Assembly (NCBI GenBank): GCA_965112735.1
Contig: OZ218956.1
Coordinates: 1-64,000, forward strand
Source: Phaeosaccion multiseriatum
Taxonomy: Eukaryota; Protista; Ochrophyta, other classes
DNA length: 64,000 nucleotides
Reading direction: 5' to 3'
Part shown: positions 12,273 to 25,047 of the stretch, one piece after another
Numbering within the stretch: position 1 is the stretch's first letter
How the letters are laid out: each line of letters starts with the position of its first letter
The notes under the pieces: generated by a model
Seen by the model: the letters and a program-made list of their open reading frames with translations, nothing else
Databases searched by the model: none
Told to the model about the DNA's origin: nothing
Translations under genes and position numbers: made by a program

Positions 12273-12515
12273 GCTTCAATGATCTTTCGATCTTTCAATG
12301 CCAGTTGCGGCCGCCGCCGGAGTGGAAGGTCCTACATCTCGGGGCTGTTTGTCTGAAATCTCTCATGAATTAAAATTGCATCGTCTCATCTCAGCAGGGT
12401 TGTGAGGAGCATAGACAAACGCGGGAAGCGAGAGTTGTCAGCACCCAGCTAGCAAACAAGAAGGACAAGGCACACACAAAAGAAGCCTTTGCACACTTAA
12501 CCCACATCAAAGAGG

Positions 12516-14505
12516 ATGATGATGGCCCGGATTTTTTCAATCCTTGCCGTGAGTGCACCCACGGCTCTCGCTTATTGCCACTCTTCATGCGACGTCGCGA
12601 CGCCTTGTTTCGAAGGTGACGGGGATGAAGCATGTGGCCTGCCCACCACCCTCGCTTAGCCCGGCCTCTTCTCGCTCGAATCCTCTGACTCTCGTCCTCC
12701 TTCAGTCCAAGGCAAGTCCCCCCAATCCCTTCCCCTGCCCTCCCCCCACCTGCCCAGACCCCTACTGCGTGACGTTCGGTGGAGGATTGGGCTGCAATGT
12801 TGGATTGATTCTCTCCTGCCGGTGAGTGCGAGTGTGTGGGGAGAGAGAGGTTTCGTTATGTGCAGCGCTTGCCTTTTTTGGCCCTCCCACTCGCTGCTCG
12901 CTGAGCCCACCCTAAGCACCTTCAAAGCCCATGACTCCATCTGTACTTACGATATACACAGTACTGCTGAAATGTGCACATTGCCTGACTCTCGAATCCC
13001 CCATGCCTCAAACCTCCCTCCTCTCTCTCTCTCTCTCTCTCTCTCAAGGTTCTGCGAGGGAAGTGGGCTCTACGCCGACGTCCCTTGCGTCGGGGGCGAG
13101 GACTCCGAGGGATCCGAGGACTCAGAGGGATCCGAGGACTCGTCCGAAGACTCCTCCGAGGTGAGACACAGCACAGCTCCCCTTGCTTGTTTCCTGCTGC
13201 TCGCAATCTGACACTCTGCCTCTCATGTCCCCAACGCCACAGGAGGCCAATGACGCCACCCTCGAGTCTTGCTCAGCCGTGGGCATTCTCTCCGCAGAGT
13301 TCGCCGTGCCTGGAGCGGACCTTCCGCTCTGCCCTGATGGGCCCTGGTCGCTTCTGCCAGTCACCTTCACGAACCAGGTGGTGGCCGCCTCGCTGGATCC
13401 CTCTGATTTCCAGATCAACCTCGGACAGGAGGGTGGAGAAGCAACAACAGCCGTCACTCCTCAGTGCGTGACGCTCGCGCCTGCAGCGGAGAGCAACGAG
13501 AAGCAAACTGTAAGTACGACCACCTCGTACCCGAGGGCACACTCACTCACATCTTCACTCCCTCACTCAATCACTCAACTCGACTCACTCAGCCACTCAG
13601 CTCAACTCACTCACTCACTTACTCACTCACTCACTCACTCACTTCCGCATTCTCTCACTCACTCCCTCACTCACTCACTCACTCACTCACTCACGCGTTA
13701 CTCTCTCACGCAACCACTCAACTCCCTCACTCACCCGCTCAACTTGCCGTTACGTCAAGGCTTTTGGTGGCCCCTCTGTCCCTCACTCACTGAAAACCAA
13801 CCCAGGCATCCCTCACCTTTAAACCCCCCATTCCTCGCTGTGCACTCTCTCTCCACGACTCTTCAGGTCCTCATGTTCGGGTCCTTCTACCCCGCCGCGG
13901 GGGAGGGAGAGGAGCAGACCGGCCCCCTCAGCGTTGACGTGACTGGAGAGCTGTTGCTCAAGGTGGGAGACGACACCGTCGACGCCAACGGTCTCTCCTT
14001 CTCAAGCCCGGACAATTTCCTCAACTTCAAGACTGGGCCCCGAGTTGTCAGTGCCAAGATGTGGGAGCAGGGCACGCAGGGATTCGATGCAACCGACGCA
14101 AACGGGTGCTCCATCTTCGCGGAGGAGGGTGCTAGCTCCAAGCTGTACACACTCAGGCTGCTCTTCGGTGCCGGAGTGAGGGCAGGGAGCCTAGAGGACC
14201 CCACTGCGCCCCTCGGCCTGTTGGGAGCGGATGGAGACCCGGCCGTGGCAGCCGCAGCGTTTGAGATTCAAGACAGCTCAAACACGGCGGTTTCAGGGGT
14301 GTCCGTGATTGGCATAGCTGATGTGGATGGGGACAACGTTGTGGATGTCTGCGTAAGCGTGGAAGAGGGTGCCAATGTCGAGGCGGTAACGACAGTGAGC
14401 CTCCCCTGTGCCGTCTCGGAAAGTGGGGCGGATGGGAGGATTCTGGATCCAACAGGGGACGAATGCGCTGCGCAGAGCTTCGACATCGTGCAGCTGGCGG
14501 TGTAG
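12516..14505 (+). CDS. Secreted protein: signal peptide, Cys-rich module (DPYC..GGLGCN..CRFC..Y..VPC), acidic EDSEGS linker, uncharacterised C-terminal domain
   Basis: Exons ~12516-12615, 12758-12821, 13049-13160, 13243-13509 and 13867-14505 join in frame through GT-AG introns. The N-terminus MARIFSILAVSAPTALA is signal-peptide-like. Confidence 0.75.
13538..13735. repeat. Degenerate (CACT)n microsatellite in an intron
   Basis: Runs of cactcactcact between the donor at 13510 and the acceptor at 13866. Confidence 0.85.
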
Positions 14506-14596
14506 TGAGCAGAGGTCAAGCTTTTTTCATTTAGATTCGCACTGAGTAGGAAGACTACAGTCTTCTCCATGAGATGCCTTTGTCCTAGCTCTAACA

Positions 14597-17500
14597 CTAT
14601 TCAGCGGCTGCAGCTGCTCCCTTCTTCTCCCCCGCTGGAGCTGTTGTTGATGCCATCGCCACCTCCTTCTCTGCCTTGCCTTTGCCTTCTGCCGCGGCTG
14701 CTTGCTCTGCCGCCCTGTTCTTCACCAGCAGCGCCTTCCTGCTGAGCCGCAGCTGTCCCCTGTCATTCACGCCAATTAGGGCCACATCTGCTCGTTAAGA
14801 GCAACATGGCAGTAACGAGAACGCAGCCGCGTCGAGTGAATAGTCAGTCAAGAGTCTTCGCAGGAAGAGAAGCGTCAAAGGGGCGATTACGAGCGAGCAA
14901 GGAGAGTAGTCTGGTGCTAAGAGGGGAGGGGAAGGAGGAGAGGCGTTAGGTTTGCCTCGGTGCTGAGGAAGGGAAGGGCTCGGGGGGGAAACAAAGCACC
15001 CAAAGCGCAGCACATACAATGAGCGAATGAGAGAGCGCCAAGTCTCCCCCCCCCCACACACGCATGCACCTACTTCACACTCCCACGGCCACATCCACAC
15101 CCACACACTCACCCAGGCGGTCACCAACGTTCACAAAGCCCTCCACCGCCCGCACGCGAGCAATATCCAGCTCGCTGATGTGCACCAGCCCCTCCACGCC
15201 GGGCGAAATCTCGACGAAGCAACCTTTGGTTAGAGGGCGTGGAGGGCGCACAGGGCAAGGCACGGCGTGAGAGGAGGAAGCTCGGCTTAGGAGTCTGCTC
15301 CGTACTCCAGTCGGGGGAGGGGGGGGGGGGCTCGCAGTCCTGTCGGACGAGTTCCCAAACTTACTTACCAAAGGCGTGCACTCCCTTCACCACACATTGA
15401 TTGTAGACCTCCCCCACCTCAGGCTTAAACTTTACATCGCGCCCCGGGCCTGCCGCCGGACCCGCCGCACCGGGGGCGCCACCGCGAGCCCTCACCCCGG
15501 AGATGTCTCCTAACATGTTCTTAATGAACTGCGGGGGGGGGGGCGCAACAGGACATTGTTGAGAGCTGGCCAGGCCAGAGGGGCGCGGAGGGGAGAGAGC
15601 AGAAAGGCAGAGGGGCAAACACAGGGGGGTGCAGAGGCCGCAGCAGATGACCCACAAGCTGACGTCACGCACCCTCTCTGCGCGCTCATTCTTGGCGGTA
15701 TCGTCGCTGAGAATCTTGACGTCTCCCGTGTCCTCGAGCTCAATGTCCTGCAGGTTAAAGTCCTCTATGATGCTGCGCACCACTTTGCCGCCCGGCCCGA
15801 TGATGCGGCCGATGAGCTCCGGCCTCACTTTCATCATCGTTATCCGCGGCACGTTGGCGTTCATGGTCCTCGGCTCTGCCAGGGCCTCGCCCATCTTGCC
15901 CAGAATGTGCAACCGGGCCTGGGGGGGGTGGGAAGAGGGGCACGAAATCAGAGCACGCGAGGGAGGCAGAGCATCGGCCTGGTGCAGCCCATCTTCCTCG
16001 GGGAAAATCCCCTCCCCTCCCCTCCCCTCCCCTCCCCTCCCCTATGCTGTCTCACGTCTTTGGCCTGCGCCAGGGCCCTCTTCATGAGATCTATGGTGAG
16101 TCCTTCGCACTTGATGTCGAGCTGGAAGGTGGTGATGGCGTCCTTGTCGCCTGCGACCTTAAAGTCCATGGTACTGATGAGGAGGGATAGGCAACAGAGT
16201 AAGGAAAGGGAAAGGCCACAGCCAGAGCCCACAGGTTACAGCAAAGAGGAGGAAGGTCGAGAGAGAAAACAAGCGTTGTTAAAATAGAGGGCGCAGACAC
16301 AGAGAGAGAGAGAGAGACTCACTCACCCTAACGCGTCTTCGAGGCCGAGGATGTCCGTGAGGATGACGCTGCCCTCCGAGGACATGCCCTTGGCCATGCC
16401 CTCCTCGTCCAGGAGCAGCCCCATAGCCACCCCCGCCACCGGCCTGGTGATGGGCACTCCCGCGTCCATCATGGACAGGCAGCCCCCGCACACGCTCGCC
16501 ATGCTGCTGCTACCGCTCGACTCCGTAATCAGGCTAAGCAGGGCAGGGGTTGGGGGGGGGGGGGGCATCAAAGGAGAAGAGACACAGGTGAGGGATGAGG
16601 CAGGCCCCCTCCCCTGTTTATCAACGCACGAGAGTGAGGGACTACGGTGACTGTCTCACCTCTCGACTCGGAGACTGTACGGGAATACAGCCCTAGACGG
16701 GATGACGGGAAGCAGCGCCCTCTCCGCCAAGTTCCCGTGGCCGACCTGAGAGAGAGAGAGAGAGAGGAGAAAGTGAGTGAGTGAGAGAGAGAGAGGAGAA
16801 AGTGAGTGAGTGAGTGAGAGAGAAAGAGAGGGATATCCTCGACGAAGCTAATCCGCAAAGCAGCGGCACCAACGAGTGCCCTCCCTCCCTCGAACAACCA
16901 ACCGCTCGCCACAGTCCGCCCCTGCCCTGCCTGTGCCCTGCCTCGCTCCGCCTGCTCTACACCCCCCCCCTCGTCCGCTCACCTCTCTTCTGGAGGCGGC
17001 TCCAAAGCGGCCCACCTCGCCCACGCAAGAGGGAGGGAAGGTGTACTGCAGGTAGAAGCGCTTGGAGCCCTCCGCGCTTATGCCCTCGAACTTCTGCTCC
17101 ATCTTGTTGCCCCCCAGCGTCGTGGTGGCGATGGCCTGCGTGTCCCCGCGCGTGAATAGCACAGAGCCGTGCGTCCTCGGCAGGAAGGAGGCCTCGATGG
17201 TGATGGGCCTGACCTCGGTGGAGCTGCGGCCATCGCTGCGCTTCTTCTGCGTGAGCACCCTGTGCCTGAGGCGGGAGGCGAGCAGCTTCTTCAGGGCAAT
17301 GTTCACGTACACCTGCGGAGGAGAGGAGCAGAGCAGAGAGAGGACTGCGCACGTCAGCCCGCAGGCGGACAGGGGTGGCAAGGGGCAGCACACACACCCC
17401 ACTCTCATGTACCCCTCGGACGACTCTCTCACCGGATGGAACTTGTCCGCGGCAGAGGTGCCCTCCTCGCTTTCCTTGTCGTCAAGTGCGAACCTGTCCA

Positions 17501-20288
17501 GTGCCATCTTCGTCAGGGTAGACATGGCGTGCTTCTGCTCGCCCTTCACGTCCGCGTTGCTCAGCACCACGTCGACCTGTTGGAGCAACAAAGGACGTAT
17601 GTGTGGGGGTGGGGCACTATTCAGACACAAGGGCGTGTATGAGCGGTCGCACGCAAAGGCGGGCAGACCAAGAGGCCGCAGCGTGGGTGCGTGCGCAGCG
17701 TACCTCTCCAGTGAGGGCCTCCGCGAGTGCTTCCTTGAGCTCCTCGGGCACAGAGCGCAGCGTGTCGAGCTTCTTGGGCTTGCCTTGGAGGGGATGGGAG
17801 GGGATGAGAGGGGAGCACGAGCGCGCAGGGAAGGAGGAGGCGACACGGGGTCACAAGGGGGTGAGTAGGCAGTCCCATCAGTGGCGGAAGCATCGCTCCC
17901 CCATCAGGTGCCATCAGGTGTATTGCCCTCCTCCAGCACTCACCCACTTCCTCTTGCCACGCGTCGAGGCCCTCGCAGATGGTCTTGATGGCCTCATGCC
18001 CCAGCCCGATGGCCTCGACCATCTGCTCCTCCGTCAGGAAGTTGCACGAGCCCTCGATCATGAGGATGCCCTCCGAGGTGCCGGCCACCGTCAGGTCGAG
18101 CTGTGGGGGGCAGAGGGGGAGAGGGCAGCAGCATTCGGGCGTGTCAGCCTCAGGGGCACGTGTGGACGGAGCAGGTCATCGCTCCTGCCAGCATCGCAGG
18201 ACTATCCCCATAGGACTATCCCCATAGGACCATCCCCATAGGACCATCCCCATAGGACTATCCCCATAGGACCATCCCCATACGACCATCCCCATAGGAC
18301 CATCCCCATAGGACTATCCCCATAGGACTATCCCCATACGACCATACCCATACGACCATCCCCATAGGACTATCCCCATAGCACTATCCCCATAGGACCA
18401 TCCCCATAGGACTATCCCCATAGGACCATCCCCATAGGACTATCCCCATAGGACCATCCCCATAGGACCATCCCCATAGGATCATCCCTATTGGACCATC
18501 CCCATAGGGCTTTCCCCATAGGACCATCCCCATAGGACTATCCCCATAGGACTATCCCCATAGGACTATCCCCATAGGACTTTCCCCATAGGGCCATCCC
18601 CATAGGACCATCCCCATAGGACCATCCCCATAGGACCATCCCCATAGGACCATCCCCATAGGACTATCCCCATAGGACCATCCCCATAGGACTATCCCCA
18701 TAGGGCCATCCCCATAGGACTATCCCCATAGGACTATCCCCATAGGGCTTTCCCCATAGGGCCATCCCCATAGGACTATCCCCATAGGACTATCCCCATA
18801 GGACCATCCCCATAGGACTATCCCCATAGGACTATCCCCATAGGACTATCCCCATAGAACCATCCCCATAGGACTATCCCCATAGGACTATCCCCATAGG
18901 ACCATCCCCCCACAGCACCTTCCCCATTGCTGGAAGGGCTGTCCTGTACGCTCTCTGCGCGTCACTGAGGGCTCTCCATCGCCCCGGGCCCCGCTCTAAG
19001 ACCACCTTCAAGCCCCTCCCCGCCGTCGCTGCAGCAGGCGACAGCTCCCACCTCCCTCCCTCCCTCGTCTCGGAGGTAACCCCACAGCTCCTCCCTCCCT
19101 TCGATGCACTGCGCGCTCACTCACATCGCTGACATCGGCCTGGTCCTTGCTGGGATCCACGACAAAGCTCCCGTCCGGGGCCATGCCCACCTTGACCCCG
19201 GCAACAGCCTTGAGCAGCGGAATAGGGCTCATGAGCAGCGCCGCAGCCGCACCTGACGGGCCACAGGGGGGGGGGGGGCACACGACACGTCAAGACTCTT
19301 GGCAGGCACAGCAACGCGCACTGCCCAGCCCCTGTCCTCTCTGTGCTTTGCAGAAAGAGAGGACAAGGAAAAGGAAAGGCCGCAAGGCGCCAAAAGCCTA
19401 CCCAACCCACTCCCTCTGCTGCTGCTGCTGCTGCTACTGCTGCCGCTGCTGCTCGCCCCCCAGTCGCTGTGCACACCCCTCTCACATGTGATGGCGAGGG
19501 GCTCAGGGTTCCTCTGTCCGTCGTACGAGAGCACCCACGACAGCAGCTGCGTGTCGTGCGTCCACCCGTCCGCGATCATGGGCCGCAGCGGCCGGTCCAT
19601 GAGGCGGCACACCAGCGTCTCCTTCTCCGAGGGCCGACCGTCCCTCTTGTTGTAGCCCCCGCTGGTCATGCCGGCTGCGCTGTAGCGCTCTTGGTAGTCC
19701 ACCTTCAGAGGCGTAAAGTCGATGTCCTCGGCCTTGCTCTGGGCACAAGCACGCAACAGTGGGTGGGGGGCAGGGGATTAATTTCCTCTTTCCTCCTCTA
19801 CTACTACTGCTCCCTCCCTCCCACCGTTGCCTCAACACCCAAGCTAGAGACCCCAACCCCTTGGTGGATCTTGGCACCGGACGACCACGACAAGTCCTCA
19901 CATCTGCGCACGCCGTGGTGTACAGCGTGGTCTCCCCGTCGTGCATCAGGATTGCCCCGTCCGCCTGGCGCCCAATCTGCCCCGTCTCGAACACCAACTC
20001 GCGCCCACCCACGTCGATACGCAGCACACTTTTCCCACCCTCTTGCGTATCTATGGTGTAGGCTGCCCTGAGCCCTTGCAGCCCGCCGCCGCGTGAAGCT
20101 CTACTCCGTCGTCCCTGCCTCTGCTGCAAGGCCTGCCTCTGCCCCTGCGCCAGAGTGCGCCCCGTCACAAGTGCGCCTCTCGCTGCAGGCGAGAGTAGCA
20201 GACCTTGGGTCAGGGGGCACAGGCAGCACACTGAGATGATCACTGTCCATCCTGGTGCACTCCGTTCCACTCTCGGCCGTGATGCCAT
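14597..20288 (-). CDS. PNP: Polyribonucleotide nucleotidyltransferase (PNPase), probably plastid-targeted
   Basis: Two RNase PH domains ([57 protein letters not shown]), a KH domain ([10 protein letters not shown]) and an S1 domain ([20 protein letters not shown]). About 14 exons joined by canonical GT-AG introns. The N-terminus has a hydrophobic stretch ([16 protein letters not shown]) followed by an Arg/Ala-rich transit-like segment. Start codon inferred. Confidence 0.95.
18199..18909. repeat. 14-bp minisatellite (GGAC[CT]ATCCCCATA), ~50 copies, in a PNPase intron
   Basis: Directly visible tandem repeat with C/T and GGGCTTT variants. Confidence 0.95.
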
Positions 20289-20606
20289 GCTGAGTGAGTG
20301 TTTTGGTGAATGATGATACACGGGTATATGGGCAGTTTCAGCTCTTTCGCTTTCCTCCTCTCCCTTCATCTTCATCTCCTAGCCAGATATAATATGGCCG
20401 AGTCTTCCCTCTGGCCGGGCAGTAAGCGCAGTGGGACTGAATAGAACTGTGTAATGGCCGCAGATTTTCGTTTCAGGTGAGAATCGATCGAGGAAGGAAG
20501 AGAAAGAAAGGTTTGGCGCTTCACCCCCTTCTTCTGCTGCTGCTGGATCTACAGGTACATATGAGCCATTCCCCACTGACGGTAAAGAGAGAGAGAGAAC
20601 TTCGCC

Positions 20607-23600
20607 ATGGAGCCTCGCCAGGTCTACAGGTGGGCGTCCTCGTATCTCTTTCTCTCTCTCTCTCTCTCTCGCCCCTCTCTTTCTTCTCTCTGTCTCTGTG
20701 CGTGTCTTGGGTTAGAGTTCGCCTCTCAGAATACCCACGCGACGATTCCTCCCTCAGCTCATCTCGACCCTCACCTCAACCCCCGCCCCGCCGCTGCCCG
20801 AACGCTGCCTCCGCCCCGAAGCTGGGGCCAAAATGCGTATGCCGAGCTGGGCATTGGCGATACCAGCGAGAAACACCAGGCGACTTTAGTTCCCTTCTTC
20901 GAGGTGAGTCACAGTCAGTCTCAGCCGCTCTCGCAGCTCGTCATGTCAAGTAATTCCTCAAGCCGTTGCCCTGCCCCTGCCGTGCCGTGCTGTCGAGTAG
21001 GGCAAGGACCCCGTGCAAGTCGCCGCTGGAAATGAGCACAGCGCCATCCTTACGGCCTCGGGCACTGTTTACACGTGCGGGTACAACGACAGGTACGGTA
21101 TAGCGGCCAAAGCGCAACATGACGGGTGATGGAGGAAGGCTGGAGGAGTCACTGGTCGCCTCCTCTCTCTCCCCAGCCCGTCTCCTCTCGGGGACCCATG
21201 TCTCACCCCCTCCGCTCCTCCGCGCGTCTCAGTGGGCAATGCGGGGTGGGCAATACGGAGCGTGTGCGTGAGCTCACCGCCGTGAGCGGGCTGGACAAGC
21301 GGGCGGAGCGCATCCAGAGCGCCAACGGATGCGAGCACCTCCTCATCGCCACGGAGGACGGACAGCTCTACACGGTGAGTGCTGGGATGGTATACACAGT
21401 CGGTCTTTGAAGCTATTTGCTGGTGATGGTGTGGTGTGCGGGACTTGCTCAACCCTACCCTTGCCTCCACTCTGCGCAGTGCGGGTACAACGCGCGGGGG
21501 CAGCTCGGGCACGGCTCCGCCTCCATCGTGAGCGAGCCCAAGAGGGTGGAGCGCCTGTCGAGCGCACGCCTGAAGGTGTGTGCCCTTGCCTGCAGCTACT
21601 ACCACTCCGTCATCGCCACGGACGACGGCCAGCTCTGGGGCTGCGGCAGAAACGACTTCGGACAGCTGGTGAGGCAGTGAGGCAGTGAGTCAGGGTGAGG
21701 GTCAAGGAGGAGCGGGACCCAACAGCGCGCAAACGAGGTTTTGCCTCTGGACCGGCAGTGTCTCTTAGGGTTGGCTGACCTAACCTCTGGGCCGGCAGTG
21801 TCTCACTTTGTAACGAAGCGGGAGACATGGTCCGCATTCGAGCATCTAGGATTTGTAGTGCGGCTATCCCCCCCCCTCCCTTTCACCTCCCATTCGCCCC
21901 CCCTGGTGTGCATGTGTGTGTGTGTGTGTCCCTCTCAGGGACTGGGTGAGACGGTGGCGGACCAGCGCTCCCCGCAACCGCTCGACATGAGCCTCTTCAC
22001 ACCGCAGGGCGGGGGCATTGGCCACAAGCTTGGCAGCAGGGCCCGGCTGCAAGTGCTTGCCATCGCGTGTGGGCAGTACCACAGCCTCGTGGCCGTCAAG
22101 GGGGGGGGGCTCTGGGGATTCGGCAAGGTGCGCTCGAGTGGGGAGGACCCGGGGGGGGGGGAGGGCTCTGCCTCTGCGGCTGCCCTTGGACGTGGTGCCC
22201 GTGACAGGTTCAGAAACCCCTAAAAACTCCTCTCTAACTGACCCCCAGAACGACTGCGGCCAGCTGGGCCTGGAGAGGTTCGAGCCCTGCACGCGGCCCA
22301 CGCAGATCACCGCAGAACGTACGTGCTACTCTCTTGGCTTTTCCAGTATGCCTTGTATGCCTTGGATGCCTTGGATGCCTTGGATCGCACCTCTCTGGCT
22401 CCACTCAGAGCGCCGAGCGAGCCTGCGCTCTCCCCCCCACCCCCTCTCTCACGCAGCACCCCCCATTTGATCTTGCCCCTTCCTTTTGCTGTGCATGCGT
22501 GGACCCTGACCATACACCAATGCGACGCACCGCCGCTTGCCCCATGTACTCCTTGGCCCATGCCCCATGCCCCTGCCCAGCGCGAGGCCTGGCGGACGGG
22601 CTTAACCCTTTGAAGGAGCCCTTCGGCGGCAGCGAGGTGCTGCGCGTGGCGTGCGGGTATTACCACTCCGTCGTGGTCACCGCCACGGGGCAGCTCTTCA
22701 CCTTCGGGTTAGTGGGGGGGGGGTATATTTATTGACTTACAGGAGTCACCTAAGAGACTAAGAGAGTGTGTGTGGGGGGTGAGTTAGGGCGCAGGGGGCA
22801 CTGCCGCACACCATGGCTCAGATACCGCCCTCCCTTCCTCCCTCCCTCCCTTCCTTCCTCTCTTCCTCCCTTCCTTCGTCCGTCCGTCCGTCCGTCCATC
22901 CGTCGGTCACTCCCTCCCCCTCTGTACTCCCTACCTTGATACTCACCCCTCACTCCTCCCCCCTCCCCCAGGCGCAACGACTACGGGCAGCTCGGGCTGG
23001 GCCACCGAGAGAACACTTGGAGACCGCACGTGGTGAGCGACCTCCTGCAGCGCCGCATCATCGACGCGCAGTGCGGCTGCTACCACACCATCGCCCTCAG
23101 CGCGGACGGGGGTGTCTTTCCCTTCGGTGAGCAGCCGCAGAAGACGCGCTCGCCTTCCCGTGATGTGTGGTGCCATCTTGCTCTGTCGCGGAATTGGTTG
23201 CCTCACTCACCCTGCCATCGTTGCCTCCCTCCCTCCGTCCTTACTCCCTCACTCACTCACTCCCTCCCTCCCCTCTCCCATTCCCTCTCTCCCTCCACCC
23301 CTCCCTCCCTCCCAGGGCGCAACAACCACGGCCAGCTGGGCACCAACAACCGCACCGACGCGTCCCGCCCTGCCTTTGTGGAGGGCCTTGTGGGCAAGGC
23401 CGTGTGTCAGATCGCCGCAGGCTTCTATCACACGCTCGTGCTCGTGGGCCCCCCTGTGCTGCACACGCTCAAGCCGCCCGCCAAGACGCTGCAGTAAGTC
23501 AGCAAGCAGCGGCGCCGTATTTGCTGTCACTACTCTTTCGCTCTTCCGCTCTTACCGACGCTCTTTGCTCTCTCCCTCTTTTCTCGCTCCGCTCTCCTGG

Positions 23601-24553
23601 CTCTTGGCGCGTCTCTTTCTCGCCCCTCTCCCCTTCCTCCCCCCCTGCCCTTTGCCCTGTGCAGGTCCGACCTGCGTGCCTTGGTGAACAACCCCGCGAG
23701 GAGTGACGTGACGTTCCTTGTGGAGGGGCGGCCCCTGTACGGCCACCGCTGCATCCTCATGGCCCGCTGCGAGCCCCTCGACAAGATGCTCGATGGGCCT
23801 ATGAAGGAGGCCCTCGACAGGGAGATCCGCATCCCCGACGTGTCCTTCGAGGTGTTCAAGGCCTTCCTCACCTTCCTCTACACGGACCATGTCGACGTGG
23901 CGGGCGAAGACTTGGCGACAGCGACAGGGTCAAGGAATTCGGAGCACCAACATGCACAGCAGAGCGAGGCGAGCCCGCCCCTGCCCACCCCGCCGCGGAA
24001 CAACGCCGCCCCTGTATCCCCGTCTCGCCTGGCAGGGGCCCTCGCTGGGGCCGTCCCGATGGACGAGTCAGAGGCGGGGCAGGACAGACGCGAGGACACA
24101 GACAGGGAGGAGTCCGCCGCCTTCACCCTGGACCTGCTCAGGTCAGCCGTGCGTGTGCATGTGTGCATTGTGTGCGTGTGTGCGTGTGTTTGGCAGAACA
24201 GGGCGTGCCACCCCCTGCCCGCCCCCCCGCTCGGAGCAGCATCCTCACTGCATTACTCTGCTACCCCTGCCCCTACCCCTGCCCAGCCTCGCGGACCAGT
24301 TCTTGGTGGAGGCCCTGAAAGCCAACTGTGAGGCGTTCCTGGTGCAGAGCATCAACGTGTCCAACGCGTGCTGCTTACTGCAGGAGGCCGACGCCCGCCA
24401 GGCGCCGCTGCTGCGCTCTCGCGTGCTGCTCTTCATCCTCGATAACTTTGGCCTCGTGCTGGCCTCGGAAGGGTGGGCAAGGCTGCCGTCAGAGCTTGTA
24501 AGTCTCACTTTTATGCCCCTGTGCTTTCGTGTCTGTCTGTCTGTCTTTCTACC

Positions 24554-24585
<32 letters not shown>

Positions 24586-24765
24586 CAAGAGGGCTTGCTC
24601 TGCTATCTGCATGTGCGTGCGCGTGCCTTGCGATGTGCTCTGATGCCTACTCTGTCCCCGTCTGTGTGTGCCCCGCAGATCCGAGAGGTCAGTCAAGCAG
24701 TGTCCGAGAGAGGAGTGAGGGTGGGGGCGGCAGGGGGGGGTGCCTCCTCCATGCTGCAATGCTAG
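20607..24765 (+). CDS. RCC1-repeat and BTB/BACK domain protein (RCBTB-like)
   Basis: Repeated RCC1 blades (WGQNAYAELG, VAAGNEHS, CGYNARGQLG, ACSYYHS, ACGQYHS, FGRNDYGQLG, IAAGFYHT), then BTB (SDVTFLVEGRPLYGHRCILMARCE) and BACK-like (LADQFLVEALKANCE). Exons join in frame via GT-AG introns. Confidence 0.92.
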
Positions 24766-24871
24766 TCATCTTTTTTTTTCCCTCAGAAGGCCTGTAACTG
24801 TAAATATACTTTACGGCATTGTGTACATGTGATACGCAGGAGGCAGCAGCCCCCCCATTTTTCTCGTCAGG

Positions 24872-24938
24872 CAAGGAAGGCCCTACCACAAGCGATACAA
24901 GGAAGGCCCTGCCACAAGCGATACAAGGAAGGCCCTGC
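24872..24938. repeat. 26-bp direct repeat, ~2.5 copies, between convergent 3' ends
   Basis: CAAGGAAGGCCCT[AG]CCACAAGCGATA repeated in tandem. Confidence 0.8.
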
Positions 24939-25047
24939 CCAAACAAAGACCGACGCGCTCGCTCGCCTCACCGCTGCCTTCCCAGCCCCCCCCCTGGAGC
25001 GGAGCCCCCCGGGGATAGTTAGAGCCAGGCCAGAACCAGCCTCAGAC

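Noticed and set aside
7296-12373. Many long ORFs (up to 703 aa) in the ORF track
   Set aside because: They are translations of the 178-bp satellite. The same peptides cycle through all three frames and the frame changes with G-run length.
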